Source: a virus (lineage: Duplodnaviria; Caudoviricetes). Taken from it: DNA of 51,263 nucleotides. The notes beneath the pieces were generated by a model. That model was not told the origin of the DNA. It worked only from the letters and a program-made list of their open reading frames with translations, and ran no database searches. The translations under genes and the position numbers were made by a program. This document shows, in pieces, positions 6,691 through 16,108 of this stretch. The first letter of the stretch is position 1; each line of letters opens with the position of its first letter. The DNA lies in the IMG/VR virus record IMGVR_UViG_3300032216_001421, positions 1-51,263 of that record. The stretch is one strand, 5' to 3'.

Positions 6691-7570
6691 ATTACTAATA
6701 GGACTATTACTGGTAGCAGGGTTGGTATCACCTGCCCATGCTGAAACACCGCAGACTGCGGTTCTGATTGACGGGGGTGTGAACAGCTCACTCTTCCCTA
6801 ACAACATAGCGTATGAAGTATGTACGATTGAAAATACAACATGCGCTAACGGCAAAAACTTTATGGAAGGTCTAGGCTCAGCTCAACAGACACCTTCACC
6901 TAACGCGGAAGCAAATCACGGTTCACAGATGCTCTCAATCATGGTCAAGGTTAATCCTAGTATTAAGGTTATCCCTATCAAGATTTATGGCACTACCGCA
7001 CTTGGTAATCCAATCCTTTACTCTCTCGCTAGTGTGAAGAGTGCTTTAGATTGGACTGTAGCTAACCGTACTAAGTTTAATATCTCAGTCGTGAGTATCT
7101 CTCAAGGCGCGATATTTACAGGGTGCAGAGTTCCCGATGGTTTGGCTCAAGACATAGCCGTACTCAAAGCCAATAACGTACAGGTAGTCGTGGCAACGGG
7201 TAATAATAAAGACCGAACCACTATGCAATCTCCTGCGTGTTTGCCCGATACTATTTCGGTTGGTGCAACAGATAATCCTGCTAATGGTGTTGGTGTAGCG
7301 TGGGAACCCACAGCTAAGCCTACTATTGCCTTGTACTCAAACGGTAACGCACAGACTACGCTTTACTCAAACGCTCGGTACTTTGTGACCAACTTAGACG
7401 GAGCGATTAAGTTCACCGTGGGAACGTCCAACTCAACTGCTGCCGTGGCGAGTTGGATTACATTACACAAGGGAGTAGACTACAACTCTACATATCAGAC
7501 CCTGCTATCGAGTGCCAATGGCACAGCAACTAACCAATGGCTTTCAGGTAAATATCTATTCATCAACTAA
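6683..7570 (+). CDS. Secreted subtilisin-like serine protease (S8 family)
   Basis: Signal peptide ending AHA; triad motifs LIDGG, NHGSQM, GTSNS; oxyanion ATGN. Confidence 0.85.
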   Translation: MRKLLIGLLLVAGLVSPAHAETPQTAVLIDGGVNSSLFPNNIAYEVCTIENTTCANGKNFMEGLGSAQQTPSPNAEANHGSQMLSIMVKVNPSIKVIPIKIYGTTALGNPILYSLASVKSALDWTVANRTKFNISVVSISQGAIFTGCRVPDGLAQDIAVLKANNVQVVVATGNNKDRTTMQSPACLPDTISVGATDNPANGVGVAWEPTAKPTIALYSNGNAQTTLYSNARYFVTNLDGAIKFTVGTSNSTAAVASWITLHKGVDYNSTYQTLLSSANGTATNQWLSGKYLFIN

Positions 7571-7580
7571 GGAGAAGTAA

Positions 7581-7868
7581 ATGGCAAAGAAGATTAACGC
7601 CTCATTTGAGGCAGAACTACGCAAGAACCAAGAGAAGGGTGGAGCATGGCTTGGAGAGTTCTCTGTAACCCGCGATGATTACGATAAAGTAGTAGTCTCG
7701 GGGCGTGAAGCTTTCTCTAATCCGTCTGCTGGTAAGCGTTGGCTCAAGGAGCAAGTACTAGCTAATACTAATAAGAAGTCTATCAAGATGCTTCCTAATG
7801 AGGAGAGAGATGCTAAGGACAAGCCAGTATTCTTTACTGGCACAGTAGCGTTTAAGGTAGAAGCATGA
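7581..7868 (+). CDS. Basic hypothetical protein
   Basis: AAGGAG RBS. Confidence 0.75.
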   Translation: MAKKINASFEAELRKNQEKGGAWLGEFSVTRDDYDKVVVSGREAFSNPSAGKRWLKEQVLANTNKKSIKMLPNEERDAKDKPVFFTGTVAFKVEA

Positions 7869-8011
7869 TTATTTCTTCTTCTGACGCAGTTGCAATAATG
7901 ATTGCTTTACTTAGCTCAGTAACTGTTATGGTTCTTTTTTGGAGAGAGAACATAGCTCTTCGCAGACAAGTTGAGTTCTTTAAGGAGATGGTTTCAGATG
8001 AGTTTCATTGA
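7865..8011 (+). CDS. Small single-pass membrane protein, 48 aa (not in ORF track)
   Basis: AVAIMIALLSSVTVMVLFW followed by RENIALRRQ. Confidence 0.65.
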   Translation: MIISSSDAVAIMIALLSSVTVMVLFWRENIALRRQVEFFKEMVSDEFH

Positions 8012-8093
8012 CCCAATCGTCCCTGATAATGACTGGGGTCACGTTAGCCCTAACGTAGACCCTGATGAGTTTATAGAAGACGAAGAAGAGTAA
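7998..8093 (+). CDS. Acidic microprotein, 31 aa (not in ORF track)
   Basis: AAGGAG RBS; MSFIDPIVPDNDWG...EDEEE. Confidence 0.55.
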   Translation: MSFIDPIVPDNDWGHVSPNVDPDEFIEDEEE

Positions 8094-8128
8094 ATAAAAA
8101 AGCCCCTCGCAAGAGGGGCTTTTTTATT
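8093..8128. terminator. Bidirectional Rho-independent terminator between the convergent arms
   Basis: AATAAAAAAGCCCCTC-GCAA-GAGGGGCTTTTTTATT. Confidence 0.92.
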
Positions 8129-8135
8129 GTCTTAA

Positions 8136-10169
8136 TTACTGGTTGTCTTTGATTAGCTTAACTTCGCATGCATCTGTTGTGCAGTAAGCCTCACCGATTG
8201 CATCTGACGCCATACCAGCGTAGACACCTGAGAAGTCAATAGGGAAGAGAGACATACGAGCTTCGTCATATTCCTCTTCAGTTATCTGAGTGTAGGGCAT
8301 CTGTGGATAAACAGTATTACCTGATGGAAGGAAAGAGACTGTCTTTAGCTTACCGTCGTACATATGCAGAACGCGCTTTACTTCTGTGCTCTCCTTTTCG
8401 CTATCAAAAGAGACTGTTACAGATACAGAGTTATCTGACCACTCGTACTGAGCTGTTGCTGCAAGGTCAATCTTCTCGTAGATAGATACCTCTTTCTCAG
8501 AACGAATTGCATCAGACTTAACTGGAAAGAACACAACTGATGTTGTGGTAGGAGATTCACTTGCTGGCTCTACACGATACTGCGCCATCTTAAAGAGAGG
8601 AAGCATTGGGTCAGAGTTAGCAAAGCGAATAGCGCGAAGGAAGAACTTACCACCAACAGACCAGTGAACCCCAGGAGATTCTCCCGCAAGGATAGAGACT
8701 GTTCCTGATGGCTTGACTGTAGTCATCTTAATAGACTCACGGATACCAAGCCACTCTGAGTAGCCCTTATCGTAATCTTTAATAACCATATAGCCTTCGT
8801 CCAACCAAGTGCGAAGAACTGGCAAGCCCTTGTTGTCTGCAAAGTTTGCAACACCTGATACTGATGTACCGATGCGACGGTTGCGTTGCATGATTGCGTT
8901 TGTCTCTTCCCAATGAGTTGGTAGGAGAGTTACAGTCTTTGCATAAAGATAGGCGAACTTGAGAGTGCGCTTAAAATCATCAAGAGAGTCATGACGGTTG
9001 AGATAGGTCTCTACCAATGTGCAACACTCAAAGCTTTCAAGAGACTGTTCAGCACATGGGTTGTATCCCATGATTCGCCAATCCTTGTTGTTAGGTGCGT
9101 CTTTGAGACGACCATACTTACGAGAGACGTCCATCCACACAACTCCTGGCTCACCGTTGCGGGCAATTCCATCAACAATCCCATCTAGGTTCTGACCAAC
9201 AGATACCTCAACAGAGTTATTACTCATCCAAGCCCAACCTGGATTCTTAGGGTCGTATGAATTGCGCTCTGGGAATCGTTCTGGGTTCTTAAGATTGAGG
9301 AACTCATCATCATCTAGGCGACCCATCAACAGCTCAGCTGAACGGCGAACGTTACCGCTTACAACACAAACTCCAATCATGTTGCCAATATCTGCAATAT
9401 CTACGCGGGTAAGCTTCTGACCTGCTCGACCACTAAACATCTTAGTAATGTGGTCATGCAATCTTAGGAGCGGTTCGTGTCCTGCTGCGGTTCCGCCAAA
9501 GGTTTTAATCGGAGTACCTGCTGGTCTGATTTGGCTGTAGTCGAATACTGGCTTCTTCGTATCTGGCTTAAGGTAGCTATTGAGGAGGGAGGCAAGGGAT
9601 TCAACCCATCCTTCTCTGGTATCTGGGATGACATATGTGTCTCCTTCTGTAGGGTCGTAAATGGCAAAATCTTTATCTGCGCCCTTGTCGTCAAATCCAA
9701 CTCCCACACCGAGCATTGATGCTTCCATAAGGAAGGCAAAAGGTTTAGCTGGGTCTATCTTGGTCATTGAGGTAGTTGATACAAACGCACAGTTCTGTAG
9801 TGCTGCTGAGTTGCGTTGTTCATTAACAAGCGGAGTTCCCATAACCCATAGTCCGCGTCCTGGCGGAGTCCACTTCAAGTTCCACAGACGGTCAAAAGCT
9901 TCCTTAGCTGAGGAAGCTGCTTTGGCATCTGACCATGGAAGTCGATTCATCTTTGCGTGGTCTTTTTGCAGCGAGTACATGCCGTTAATGACTCGCTCGC
10001 AGACGTCAGTCCACGTCTCTTTAGTACCATCTTCCTTAAGTCTGGAATAGGTGCGGAGAAAAGTAATCTCCCCAACCGAATTGCCTGCCGCGTCTTGATA
10101 TCCCCAAGGTACTTTCTTCTCGTGGTAACTTGTTAGGAAGTCTTCCGTTAGACGAAACGACAAAGCCAT
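8136..10169 (-). CDS. nrdJ: Class II (adenosylcobalamin-dependent) ribonucleoside-triphosphate reductase, monomeric RTPR type
   Basis: TPPGRGLW, ALQNCAF, GNVRRSA, NPCAEQ, TTVKPSGT, C-terminal CTTDAC; start chosen at ATG 10169 after AGAAGGA. Confidence 0.92.
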   Translation of the reverse strand: MALSFRLTEDFLTSYHEKKVPWGYQDAAGNSVGEITFLRTYSRLKEDGTKETWTDVCERVINGMYSLQKDHAKMNRLPWSDAKAASSAKEAFDRLWNLKWTPPGRGLWVMGTPLVNEQRNSAALQNCAFVSTTSMTKIDPAKPFAFLMEASMLGVGVGFDDKGADKDFAIYDPTEGDTYVIPDTREGWVESLASLLNSYLKPDTKKPVFDYSQIRPAGTPIKTFGGTAAGHEPLLRLHDHITKMFSGRAGQKLTRVDIADIGNMIGVCVVSGNVRRSAELLMGRLDDDEFLNLKNPERFPERNSYDPKNPGWAWMSNNSVEVSVGQNLDGIVDGIARNGEPGVVWMDVSRKYGRLKDAPNNKDWRIMGYNPCAEQSLESFECCTLVETYLNRHDSLDDFKRTLKFAYLYAKTVTLLPTHWEETNAIMQRNRRIGTSVSGVANFADNKGLPVLRTWLDEGYMVIKDYDKGYSEWLGIRESIKMTTVKPSGTVSILAGESPGVHWSVGGKFFLRAIRFANSDPMLPLFKMAQYRVEPASESPTTTSVVFFPVKSDAIRSEKEVSIYEKIDLAATAQYEWSDNSVSVTVSFDSEKESTEVKRVLHMYDGKLKTVSFLPSGNTVYPQMPYTQITEEEYDEARMSLFPIDFSGVYAGMASDAIGEAYCTTDACEVKLIKDNQ

Positions 10170-10327
10170 TTTTTCCTTCTCTCTATTAAGTATGAACCCC
10201 TTGATGTAGCGGGGGGTATATAGTCTAGCTGTGTAATACACTACCTTACATGGATAGTATCTGCCACTTACGCAACATACACCGTTCCATGTTGTTAATC
10301 ACACAAGTTATGCGATAACTTCAAAAA

Positions 10328-11797
10328 TTATTCTTCAATGATTTCTTTAATCACCTTAGTAGTTTGCTCTTCATTGAGACCGCCATTTGGTAGCTCTTTT
10401 AGTGCTTGAGCACGGTCTCCAAAGATGCTGGAAAGCACACCAGCAGAGCCACCTTTACTCTCAACTGTCATACGAATAAAGCTAGATGAGTCATCCAATT
10501 CGTTGATGGTTTTAAACATTTTTGTGAGTCTATCAATCTCTTGTGAAACGTTAGGGTCTGCGTATCCACCGTTCATTTCTTCAGTAAAACGCATGAAAAG
10601 TACACGTTGTGTCTGCATTTCAATCAATGCATTGACCAATGCTTCACGTTGTTCTTTAGTCTTTACTTCTACTGGAAGCTTAAATGCACAGACAGATTGA
10701 GGTTTAAAAGCGGGACAATTAGAGGCAACAAAACATGTATCGCAGGTGCGAAGTGAAGTGTCTTGTGAGGTTAAAAGTACGCGCTCTTTGATGACATCAT
10801 TACCGTCTTCATCTTGCTCTACAACGGTCTTTGAGGTGTATCCAAGGACAGGTAAAGTACCCATTTCTTCTGGATTTCGGGGTTCAACTTTCCGCATCCC
10901 TACCCCCTTACTATCGCTATGCGCAGGTAGTGTTTCCCCACTTTCCTCCACTTCGCTCCCCTCGTTATTATCGTATAAGAAGGAATCATTGATGCCCATA
11001 TTTAACCTCGCCTCAAACTGCTCGTATGACCATACTGCTAAACGACACACTTCCTGTGGGTCATCTTCCATAATCAAATCGTAATCAAGCCCAGCTTTTG
11101 TATAGATGTTTCCGTACCTAACTCGGGCTTGGTCTTTCATTTTTTTGTTGTAACGCACCAGACGATTGCCGTCCCAAACGATAGTCTCACCATGGAGCAT
11201 TGGGGCTAACCACGATAAGGTGCTGGCAGACTCTACCTTAACTTGACGTAGATTATCTGGCTTGGCTGTGTTGATTGCGTGAAAGCGCGTGCCCTTGGCT
11301 GTGAAGCCTCGTGTAACGGCTGCTAGCTTGGTCTCATGCTCGATATCCTCGCCCATCAACCCAATGTCTAAGTAGTGCTCAACCATCCTCTTGAGCCCGT
11401 CTATGCCCGTCTGGGACTGCCATACGGGTTGAAACTTTGAGGGCGGAACTTCAGCCCAACAGGTCTTACGCTGTGACTCTATAAACTCTGGGCTTAGCTG
11501 AGCACTGACTACCTCATTAAATACTGTGAGGCGGTCAATGTTATTGGCTATGAACTCCTCATACATGACGTGGAAATCTTCCAGCTCTTCTTGGCTCAGG
11601 CTTTCAGTCTTAGGGATACCTGCGTGTACATAGATATGGGTATCTTGGCTAAAGTAGTTCTCTAATAGATACGCCTTGGTTTTAGGTAAGCCACGCTTTG
11701 TAAGGCGCCAAAAACTAACCCCTACATGGTTAGCTGTGGTGGTTTCAAGTAAGGTACGGTTAGAAGGAACTTCAGCACCAAGATAGATTAACTTCAA
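10328..11797 (-). CDS. TGT/DpdA-like TIM-barrel protein with apparently lost catalytic residues, fused to a Cys4 domain
   Basis: Motif order IYVHAG, PVWQ, IGLMG, RFHA, SASTLSW..HG parallels phage TGT-like LDSG, PVxH, xxGG, xHxxG, SxDSxSW..xG; C-terminal CDTC-x5-C-x8-C. Confidence 0.55.
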   Translation of the reverse strand: MKLIYLGAEVPSNRTLLETTTANHVGVSFWRLTKRGLPKTKAYLLENYFSQDTHIYVHAGIPKTESLSQEELEDFHVMYEEFIANNIDRLTVFNEVVSAQLSPEFIESQRKTCWAEVPPSKFQPVWQSQTGIDGLKRMVEHYLDIGLMGEDIEHETKLAAVTRGFTAKGTRFHAINTAKPDNLRQVKVESASTLSWLAPMLHGETIVWDGNRLVRYNKKMKDQARVRYGNIYTKAGLDYDLIMEDDPQEVCRLAVWSYEQFEARLNMGINDSFLYDNNEGSEVEESGETLPAHSDSKGVGMRKVEPRNPEEMGTLPVLGYTSKTVVEQDEDGNDVIKERVLLTSQDTSLRTCDTCFVASNCPAFKPQSVCAFKLPVEVKTKEQREALVNALIEMQTQRVLFMRFTEEMNGGYADPNVSQEIDRLTKMFKTINELDDSSSFIRMTVESKGGSAGVLSSIFGDRAQALKELPNGGLNEEQTTKVIKEIIEE

Positions 11798-12249
11798 GCC
11801 CGTGGGTCTTCCTTCATCATCTCAATCTGCTTGTCAATCTCTTCTTCAATCGCAGCCCAGCTCTTCATGCCTTGGCGACCATCTGGTCTAAATTCTGGGC
11901 GTAGATAACTTGGGTGCAGGAATAGAAGGGTATCGAGCCCAATTTCTAATAGCTTCTTAGCCAGCTCAGTATCAGCTGTAACAATAACTTCTACTTTACC
12001 TTGGGAACGGCAGTACTTAACCTGTTCAAACTCTGGGTCATCTAGGACTCCTGGGACGCTGTAGTCAATCAGGTCATCCATCTTATTAATCTTATGCTCT
12101 AGTAGCCAACGGTTAGTTTTGGAGTAGTCATCACATAGCAGTACAACTCGTACATCTTCATTAAACATACGATAAAGGGCAAGACCCTGATAGATAGGGC
12201 TACCTGTTTGGGAGCGCAAAACTCCGTCGACGAACATTACTATAGACAA
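11794..12249 (-). CDS. HAD-fold protein with degenerate motif I
   Basis: IVMFVDGVLR resembles hhhDxDGVL but lacks the first Asp. Confidence 0.6.
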   Translation of the reverse strand: MSIVMFVDGVLRSQTGSPIYQGLALYRMFNEDVRVVLLCDDYSKTNRWLLEHKINKMDDLIDYSVPGVLDDPEFEQVKYCRSQGKVEVIVTADTELAKKLLEIGLDTLLFLHPSYLRPEFRPDGRQGMKSWAAIEEEIDKQIEMMKEDPRA

Positions 12250-12273
12250 ACTGTGCTCCGATTAGTTAGGTTA

Positions 12274-13206
12274 TTAGCGCTTGTAAAGCGCAGCTCTACG
12301 GACTAACACCTTAGCACTTGGTAGCTCCATACCATAAGTTTGAGCTTCAAATTCTTGACGTGTCTTTGTAGATATGTCTTTTAATTGTTTTAGTGCTTGT
12401 ACAAGACCAGCTTTCTTGCCAGCTTGCCAACGATAGTTAGCGTAGTCTGCGTAACCCATACCGCTAGGGCTAAACGCTGCGCCACGTCCATGGTGAATAT
12501 CTTCAAACAACGCTGCACCTTGTTCTACAGCTAACTTTAGTGCAGCTTCGGCGTTTATACGAGCTGTTGCTGTAGTTGCTGTACCTATGTTAGCAAGCGC
12601 ATTAGAGTATCTATCAAGGATTTCTACAGCCATGTTCTCATCACGAGCAACTTTGCGTTCCCAATCTCTTTTAGGATTGATGCTAGGTTCTGATGGTTCT
12701 ACAGTCCAATCATCGTCTGTTAATGAATAAGCTGCGTATGGTTTGATGGTGCGAATATCTGTTGCCACATTGACATAGAAAGTTAGCTCAAATGAATCTA
12801 AATAGTTCTCTGTATGTGGGTAGAGTTCGGCGCGAAAATCTTCGTTGAACATTGAAGCAATTTCTTGGTCGCTAAGACCGACAAATTTTGTGTTGGATTT
12901 GCGAAAAGCAATGTAATCCACGCCAACTAAACAATCTAAATCTGCTGGGCTGCGGTTTGCTGCCCACTGATACGAAACGCCTGACCCTGCAAGCCATGCG
13001 TGTATGTAAGCCTCAGGGTTATAGTAGTGACGGCGCAAATGGTCAAACAAAATGCTCAGGATTCCATTACGAACGCTTCCGATTATCTTGTTATCACGGA
13101 ATAAACGTGGGTCTAGCCCAGCATTTGGGGCGCTAAAATATGATGTTTCTGACGGCTCTATAAAAACTGGTGTTGCTTGCTTAACCAGCGCCGCGTTAAA
13201 GTCCAT
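12274..13206 (-). CDS. Pol-beta superfamily nucleotidyltransferase
   Basis: hhGS...DLD signature: WLAGSGVSYQW...ADLDCLVGVD; third acidic candidate in FELTFYV. Confidence 0.75.
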   Translation of the reverse strand: MDFNAALVKQATPVFIEPSETSYFSAPNAGLDPRLFRDNKIIGSVRNGILSILFDHLRRHYYNPEAYIHAWLAGSGVSYQWAANRSPADLDCLVGVDYIAFRKSNTKFVGLSDQEIASMFNEDFRAELYPHTENYLDSFELTFYVNVATDIRTIKPYAAYSLTDDDWTVEPSEPSINPKRDWERKVARDENMAVEILDRYSNALANIGTATTATARINAEAALKLAVEQGAALFEDIHHGRGAAFSPSGMGYADYANYRWQAGKKAGLVQALKQLKDISTKTRQEFEAQTYGMELPSAKVLVRRAALYKR

Positions 13207-13221
13207 GAGGACAGTATATCG

Positions 13222-13482
13222 TTAGTCTTCGTCTTCTTCGTCTTCTAATAGTTCCAAATCAGGAACCATGGTGTAAAACCAGCGTGGGTGTGCCATATCA
13301 TCAATAGCCAACGCCATTGAAATATCTACTGGAAATCCTGCTTTACGAAATGAATTGTATAGTTCATGAATTTGAATTGCGTGAACATCAAGCGGTGTTA
13401 AATCTTCAGATTGATTTTTAGGAAGTCGTCTAGGCGCAACTGTTTTCTTTACTGGTTTTTTCTTAGGAGTTGCCATGGTCAT
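13222..13482 (-). CDS. Hypothetical protein (HELY..F.KAGF motif)
   Basis: ORF; basic N-terminus, acidic tail. Confidence 0.7.
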   Translation of the reverse strand: MTMATPKKKPVKKTVAPRRLPKNQSEDLTPLDVHAIQIHELYNSFRKAGFPVDISMALAIDDMAHPRWFYTMVPDLELLEDEEDED

Positions 13483-13502
13483 CCCTACCTAGGTTAGTGT
13501 AA

Positions 13503-13781
13503 CTACAGTATACCTTTGTCATACAGTGCTTGGCGTATTGAACCCGCCGTTTTCTCAGATTCTGGACGGCTAGACTCGCGGATATTTGCCATAATTTCGG
13601 TGGCAAGCTCTTGTTTAAAGGCAGAATCTAAAAGCTCACGGCAAGCTACCTTGATGTCTTGGCGGTCAGCTTCCCGCTCTACAAGCATGTTGAGGCTAAG
13701 GTCTGGAGTAGCAACATACTGTCCGTCTAGCGTTTTAAATACTATAAACGCTGTCTCAGCATCTGGAATTGCTTCTTCCAT
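13503..13781 (-). CDS. Hypothetical protein
   Basis: GAGGA RBS; TAATG junction. Confidence 0.7.
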   Translation of the reverse strand: MEEAIPDAETAFIVFKTLDGQYVATPDLSLNMLVEREADRQDIKVACRELLDSAFKQELATEIMANIRESSRPESEKTAGSIRQALYDKGIL

Positions 13782-14332
13782 TAGTTATACAATCCTCGTT
13801 CTTTGTATGCTTTTTGTTGGTTGTACATTTTAACAGGGCAGAAATCGCACAAGTGAACTTTAATTGTAGACTTTCCAAGACCTTCAACACGGCGCTCTGC
13901 TTCTGTACCTGCGCTAAGAATCTTTCGGTCGCTTTTATAATCTGGGCATTGACCTTTAGGACTAAGATGAATTTTGTAACAGTTCATAGCGTCTTGTGAA
14001 TATTGGTCTTTAAGACCGTAAAAGTTAGTACCAAAAACATCAAGACCTGATGACGAACCCTTGCCCTCAAAAAAAGTCTCACGAAGTTGTTTAACAACAC
14101 CTTCTTTAACTTTAGGTGTCATCCAGTATCCCTGCAAGATATCTACAAGGGGCGCAGCAATATGTTCTGGGCCATGCATTGCAGCAGCGGCCTCTACAAA
14201 TGGATTATCTGACTGACTATACTTTCCATCGCCAAGATACTCACCTGTTTTTGTATAGGGAACCTCTTCAATGGTTTGACAAGTTTTACAAATTAATAGG
14301 TTGAACCGCTCGGTCTCAAAGTCATCTGCCAT
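13781..14332 (-). CDS. Cys/His-rich putative zinc-binding protein
   Basis: CKTC, CYKIH..C, CDFC; leaderless TAGGCT promoter. Confidence 0.75.
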   Translation of the reverse strand: MADDFETERFNLLICKTCQTIEEVPYTKTGEYLGDGKYSQSDNPFVEAAAAMHGPEHIAAPLVDILQGYWMTPKVKEGVVKQLRETFFEGKGSSSGLDVFGTNFYGLKDQYSQDAMNCYKIHLSPKGQCPDYKSDRKILSAGTEAERRVEGLGKSTIKVHLCDFCPVKMYNQQKAYKERGLYN

Positions 14333-14352
14333 GGGCAGAAGCCTACCACAAG

Positions 14353-14922
14353 CTATTTAGCTTTACCGCCACGTTTTGCTGCTATTGAAGCGGCAATTTG
14401 TCTTTGGCGAGCCTCTGCATCTGCTTTTGCTTTTGCCTTTTGAGCTGGAGACTTAATCACGCCTTTATACTTAGCTCCTACGTCAGTTGCCTCTGCCATA
14501 GATGGTGCATCAGTTTTAATAATTGCTTTTTTCTTGGGAGCAGTTTTTTTCTTAGGGGCAATTTTTTCTTCAACTTTACCGCGTTCCTGCGGTGGAACAT
14601 ACGGAGGGGTAACAGGTACTTTTCCTGTTTTTCTAACAGATTTATTAATTGCTTCTGTTGAATTAGACTTATTAAGCTCGTGATAACGAGCAGAAAGTTT
14701 AGGGGGTTCTTCTTCCATACCTGGGGCAACAGGCATTTTAATAAATCCGCCTTTTTGAGCTTTACCAGGAAGTTCAATGTTTGGATTAGTACTTGATGAT
14801 TGACCCAAAATATTATTTTCACGCAATCTTGAATGCGTTAAACCAGCATGAATAGGATTATTAGGGTCGTATTTAACAACACGCATACTGCTAGGACCTC
14901 TGTCCTCAGGGGTATCAACCAT
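14353..14922 (-). CDS. Lys/Pro/Ala-rich basic low-complexity protein
   Basis: AAGGA RBS; APKKK repeats. Confidence 0.75.
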   Translation of the reverse strand: MVDTPEDRGPSSMRVVKYDPNNPIHAGLTHSRLRENNILGQSSSTNPNIELPGKAQKGGFIKMPVAPGMEEEPPKLSARYHELNKSNSTEAINKSVRKTGKVPVTPPYVPPQERGKVEEKIAPKKKTAPKKKAIIKTDAPSMAEATDVGAKYKGVIKSPAQKAKAKADAEARQRQIAASIAAKRGGKAK

Positions 14923-14933
14923 TACTTATCCTT

Positions 14934-15128
14934 TTATAGACGTTCTCCACGTGAACGCTTAGAGTTTAGAATGTCCTCTGCGTTACGTGATAGATAAGGT
15001 ATTTGAGTGCGCTTACGTTCTTCAGCCTCAGACATTTCATTTTCGTCCTCTGGAGTCATTGTGCCAAAACGTTCTGGCACATCAGTTACCTTATTAATAT
15101 CTGGAAACTGTGCCTCTTTGGGATTCAT
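14934..15128 (-). CDS. Small hypothetical protein (MNPKEAQF)
   Basis: TAATG junction. Confidence 0.7.
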   Translation of the reverse strand: MNPKEAQFPDINKVTDVPERFGTMTPEDENEMSEAEERKRTQIPYLSRNAEDILNSKRSRGERL

Positions 15129-15319
15129 TACTTCTCTGTCCAGCTCTCTGGAATCTGACCTTCTGTAGCCATCATGGACTCATCATTACGCATGGCTTCG
15201 TCTTTGCTCATCTCATGGTCATATTTCTTAGGGTTCATGAGCTCATCAGCATACTTGCCTAAAGTTTTTTCGTAATTAGCTTGACGGCGTGCGTCACCAC
15301 TTCTATCTTTTGGATTCAT
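15128..15319 (-). CDS. Small hypothetical protein (MNPKDRSGDARR)
   Basis: TAATG junction. Confidence 0.7.
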   Translation of the reverse strand: MNPKDRSGDARRQANYEKTLGKYADELMNPKKYDHEMSKDEAMRNDESMMATEGQIPESWTEK

Positions 15320-15663
15320 TAGTTACTCTTAACTTTAATAGTTTTTTTTGGCGTAACGTCGTTAAAAGTAGTGCGCTCGGCTTCTTTCTTTGCATGAGCC
15401 CCACTTTTAATTTCTTCTGCGCGTTGTGTAGAGGCTGCGTTATATGCCTTTTGACGAGCTTCAGAGGTAGTCTCTCCTGTTGCCTTCTTTACTACAGTAC
15501 CTGCGTGAGCGGTTACCTCTGGCTTTCCTTCGTTATGCCATTTATTAAGCCCAACATTAATATTTCCCAAAGATTGCTGAAAAGAAGGTGCAGTAATACT
15601 TCCTTGATGAGAAAGATTACGCAGTACTCTTACGTTAGAAAATTGTGGTGAACTTGGGTTCAT
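15319..15663 (-). CDS. Basic hypothetical protein (MNPSSPQF)
   Basis: ATGA overlap. Confidence 0.7.
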   Translation of the reverse strand: MNPSSPQFSNVRVLRNLSHQGSITAPSFQQSLGNINVGLNKWHNEGKPEVTAHAGTVVKKATGETTSEARQKAYNAASTQRAEEIKSGAHAKKEAERTTFNDVTPKKTIKVKSN

Positions 15664-15890
15664 TGACTTAGCCCCGCACGTCTATGTGCTTGTTCAGCTG
15701 CATGGTCTAAAGAAAAATCGCTAGGGTTATTACTTTTAATGTTGTGTGGATGTGACTTAGGAGTAAAACTTTTTGTACCAGATAAATCGTTAGCTTCTTC
15801 TGTAGTTACTTTACCAGAAAAATATGCTGACCTAACATCTTCAAGTTTAGGTTTGCGAGCTGAATCATTAGCTCTATTTGGTGCTGTCAT
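15660..15890 (-). CDS. Small hypothetical protein (MTAPNRANDSAR)
   Basis: Tight packing with neighbours. Confidence 0.7.
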   Translation of the reverse strand: MTAPNRANDSARKPKLEDVRSAYFSGKVTTEEANDLSGTKSFTPKSHPHNIKSNNPSDFSLDHAAEQAHRRAGLSQ

Positions 15891-15891
15891 G

Positions 15892-16098
15892 TTACTTACC
15901 TGGGTTTACTTTTGAAGGTTCTTCAGAGTTGATGAAGCCGTAGTTCATGTATGGGTGCAAATCTGCACGGTTCTGAACTACTGTTTGGTCTCCGAGTCCT
16001 GGAATAACCTCAGTATTTGGACGGCGTTTACGGTACTTGCCATCTGTTGCACCCTCATTGAGTGATGCGTTCTGTGAACGTGAATTATTTACTGTCAT
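15892..16098 (-). CDS. Small basic hypothetical protein (MTVNNSRS...DGKYRK)
   Basis: AAAGGA RBS before ATG 16098; the track's longer start overlaps another gene. Confidence 0.7.
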   Translation of the reverse strand: MTVNNSRSQNASLNEGATDGKYRKRRPNTEVIPGLGDQTVVQNRADLHPYMNYGFINSEEPSKVNPGK

Positions 16099-16108
16099 TT
16101 GGGTTCCT

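Noticed and set aside
10170-10241. Longer N-terminus for nrdJ, and a possible NrdR box (CCCTTGATGTAGCG, 10198-10211)
   Set aside because: The RBS supports ATG 10169. The box is a single imperfect match with no second box at the usual spacing, too weak to call.
10328-11797. Active 7-deazaguanine DNA modification (DpdA) system
   Set aside because: Catalytic Asp motifs appear absent and no preQ0 pathway genes are in the window, though they could lie outside it.
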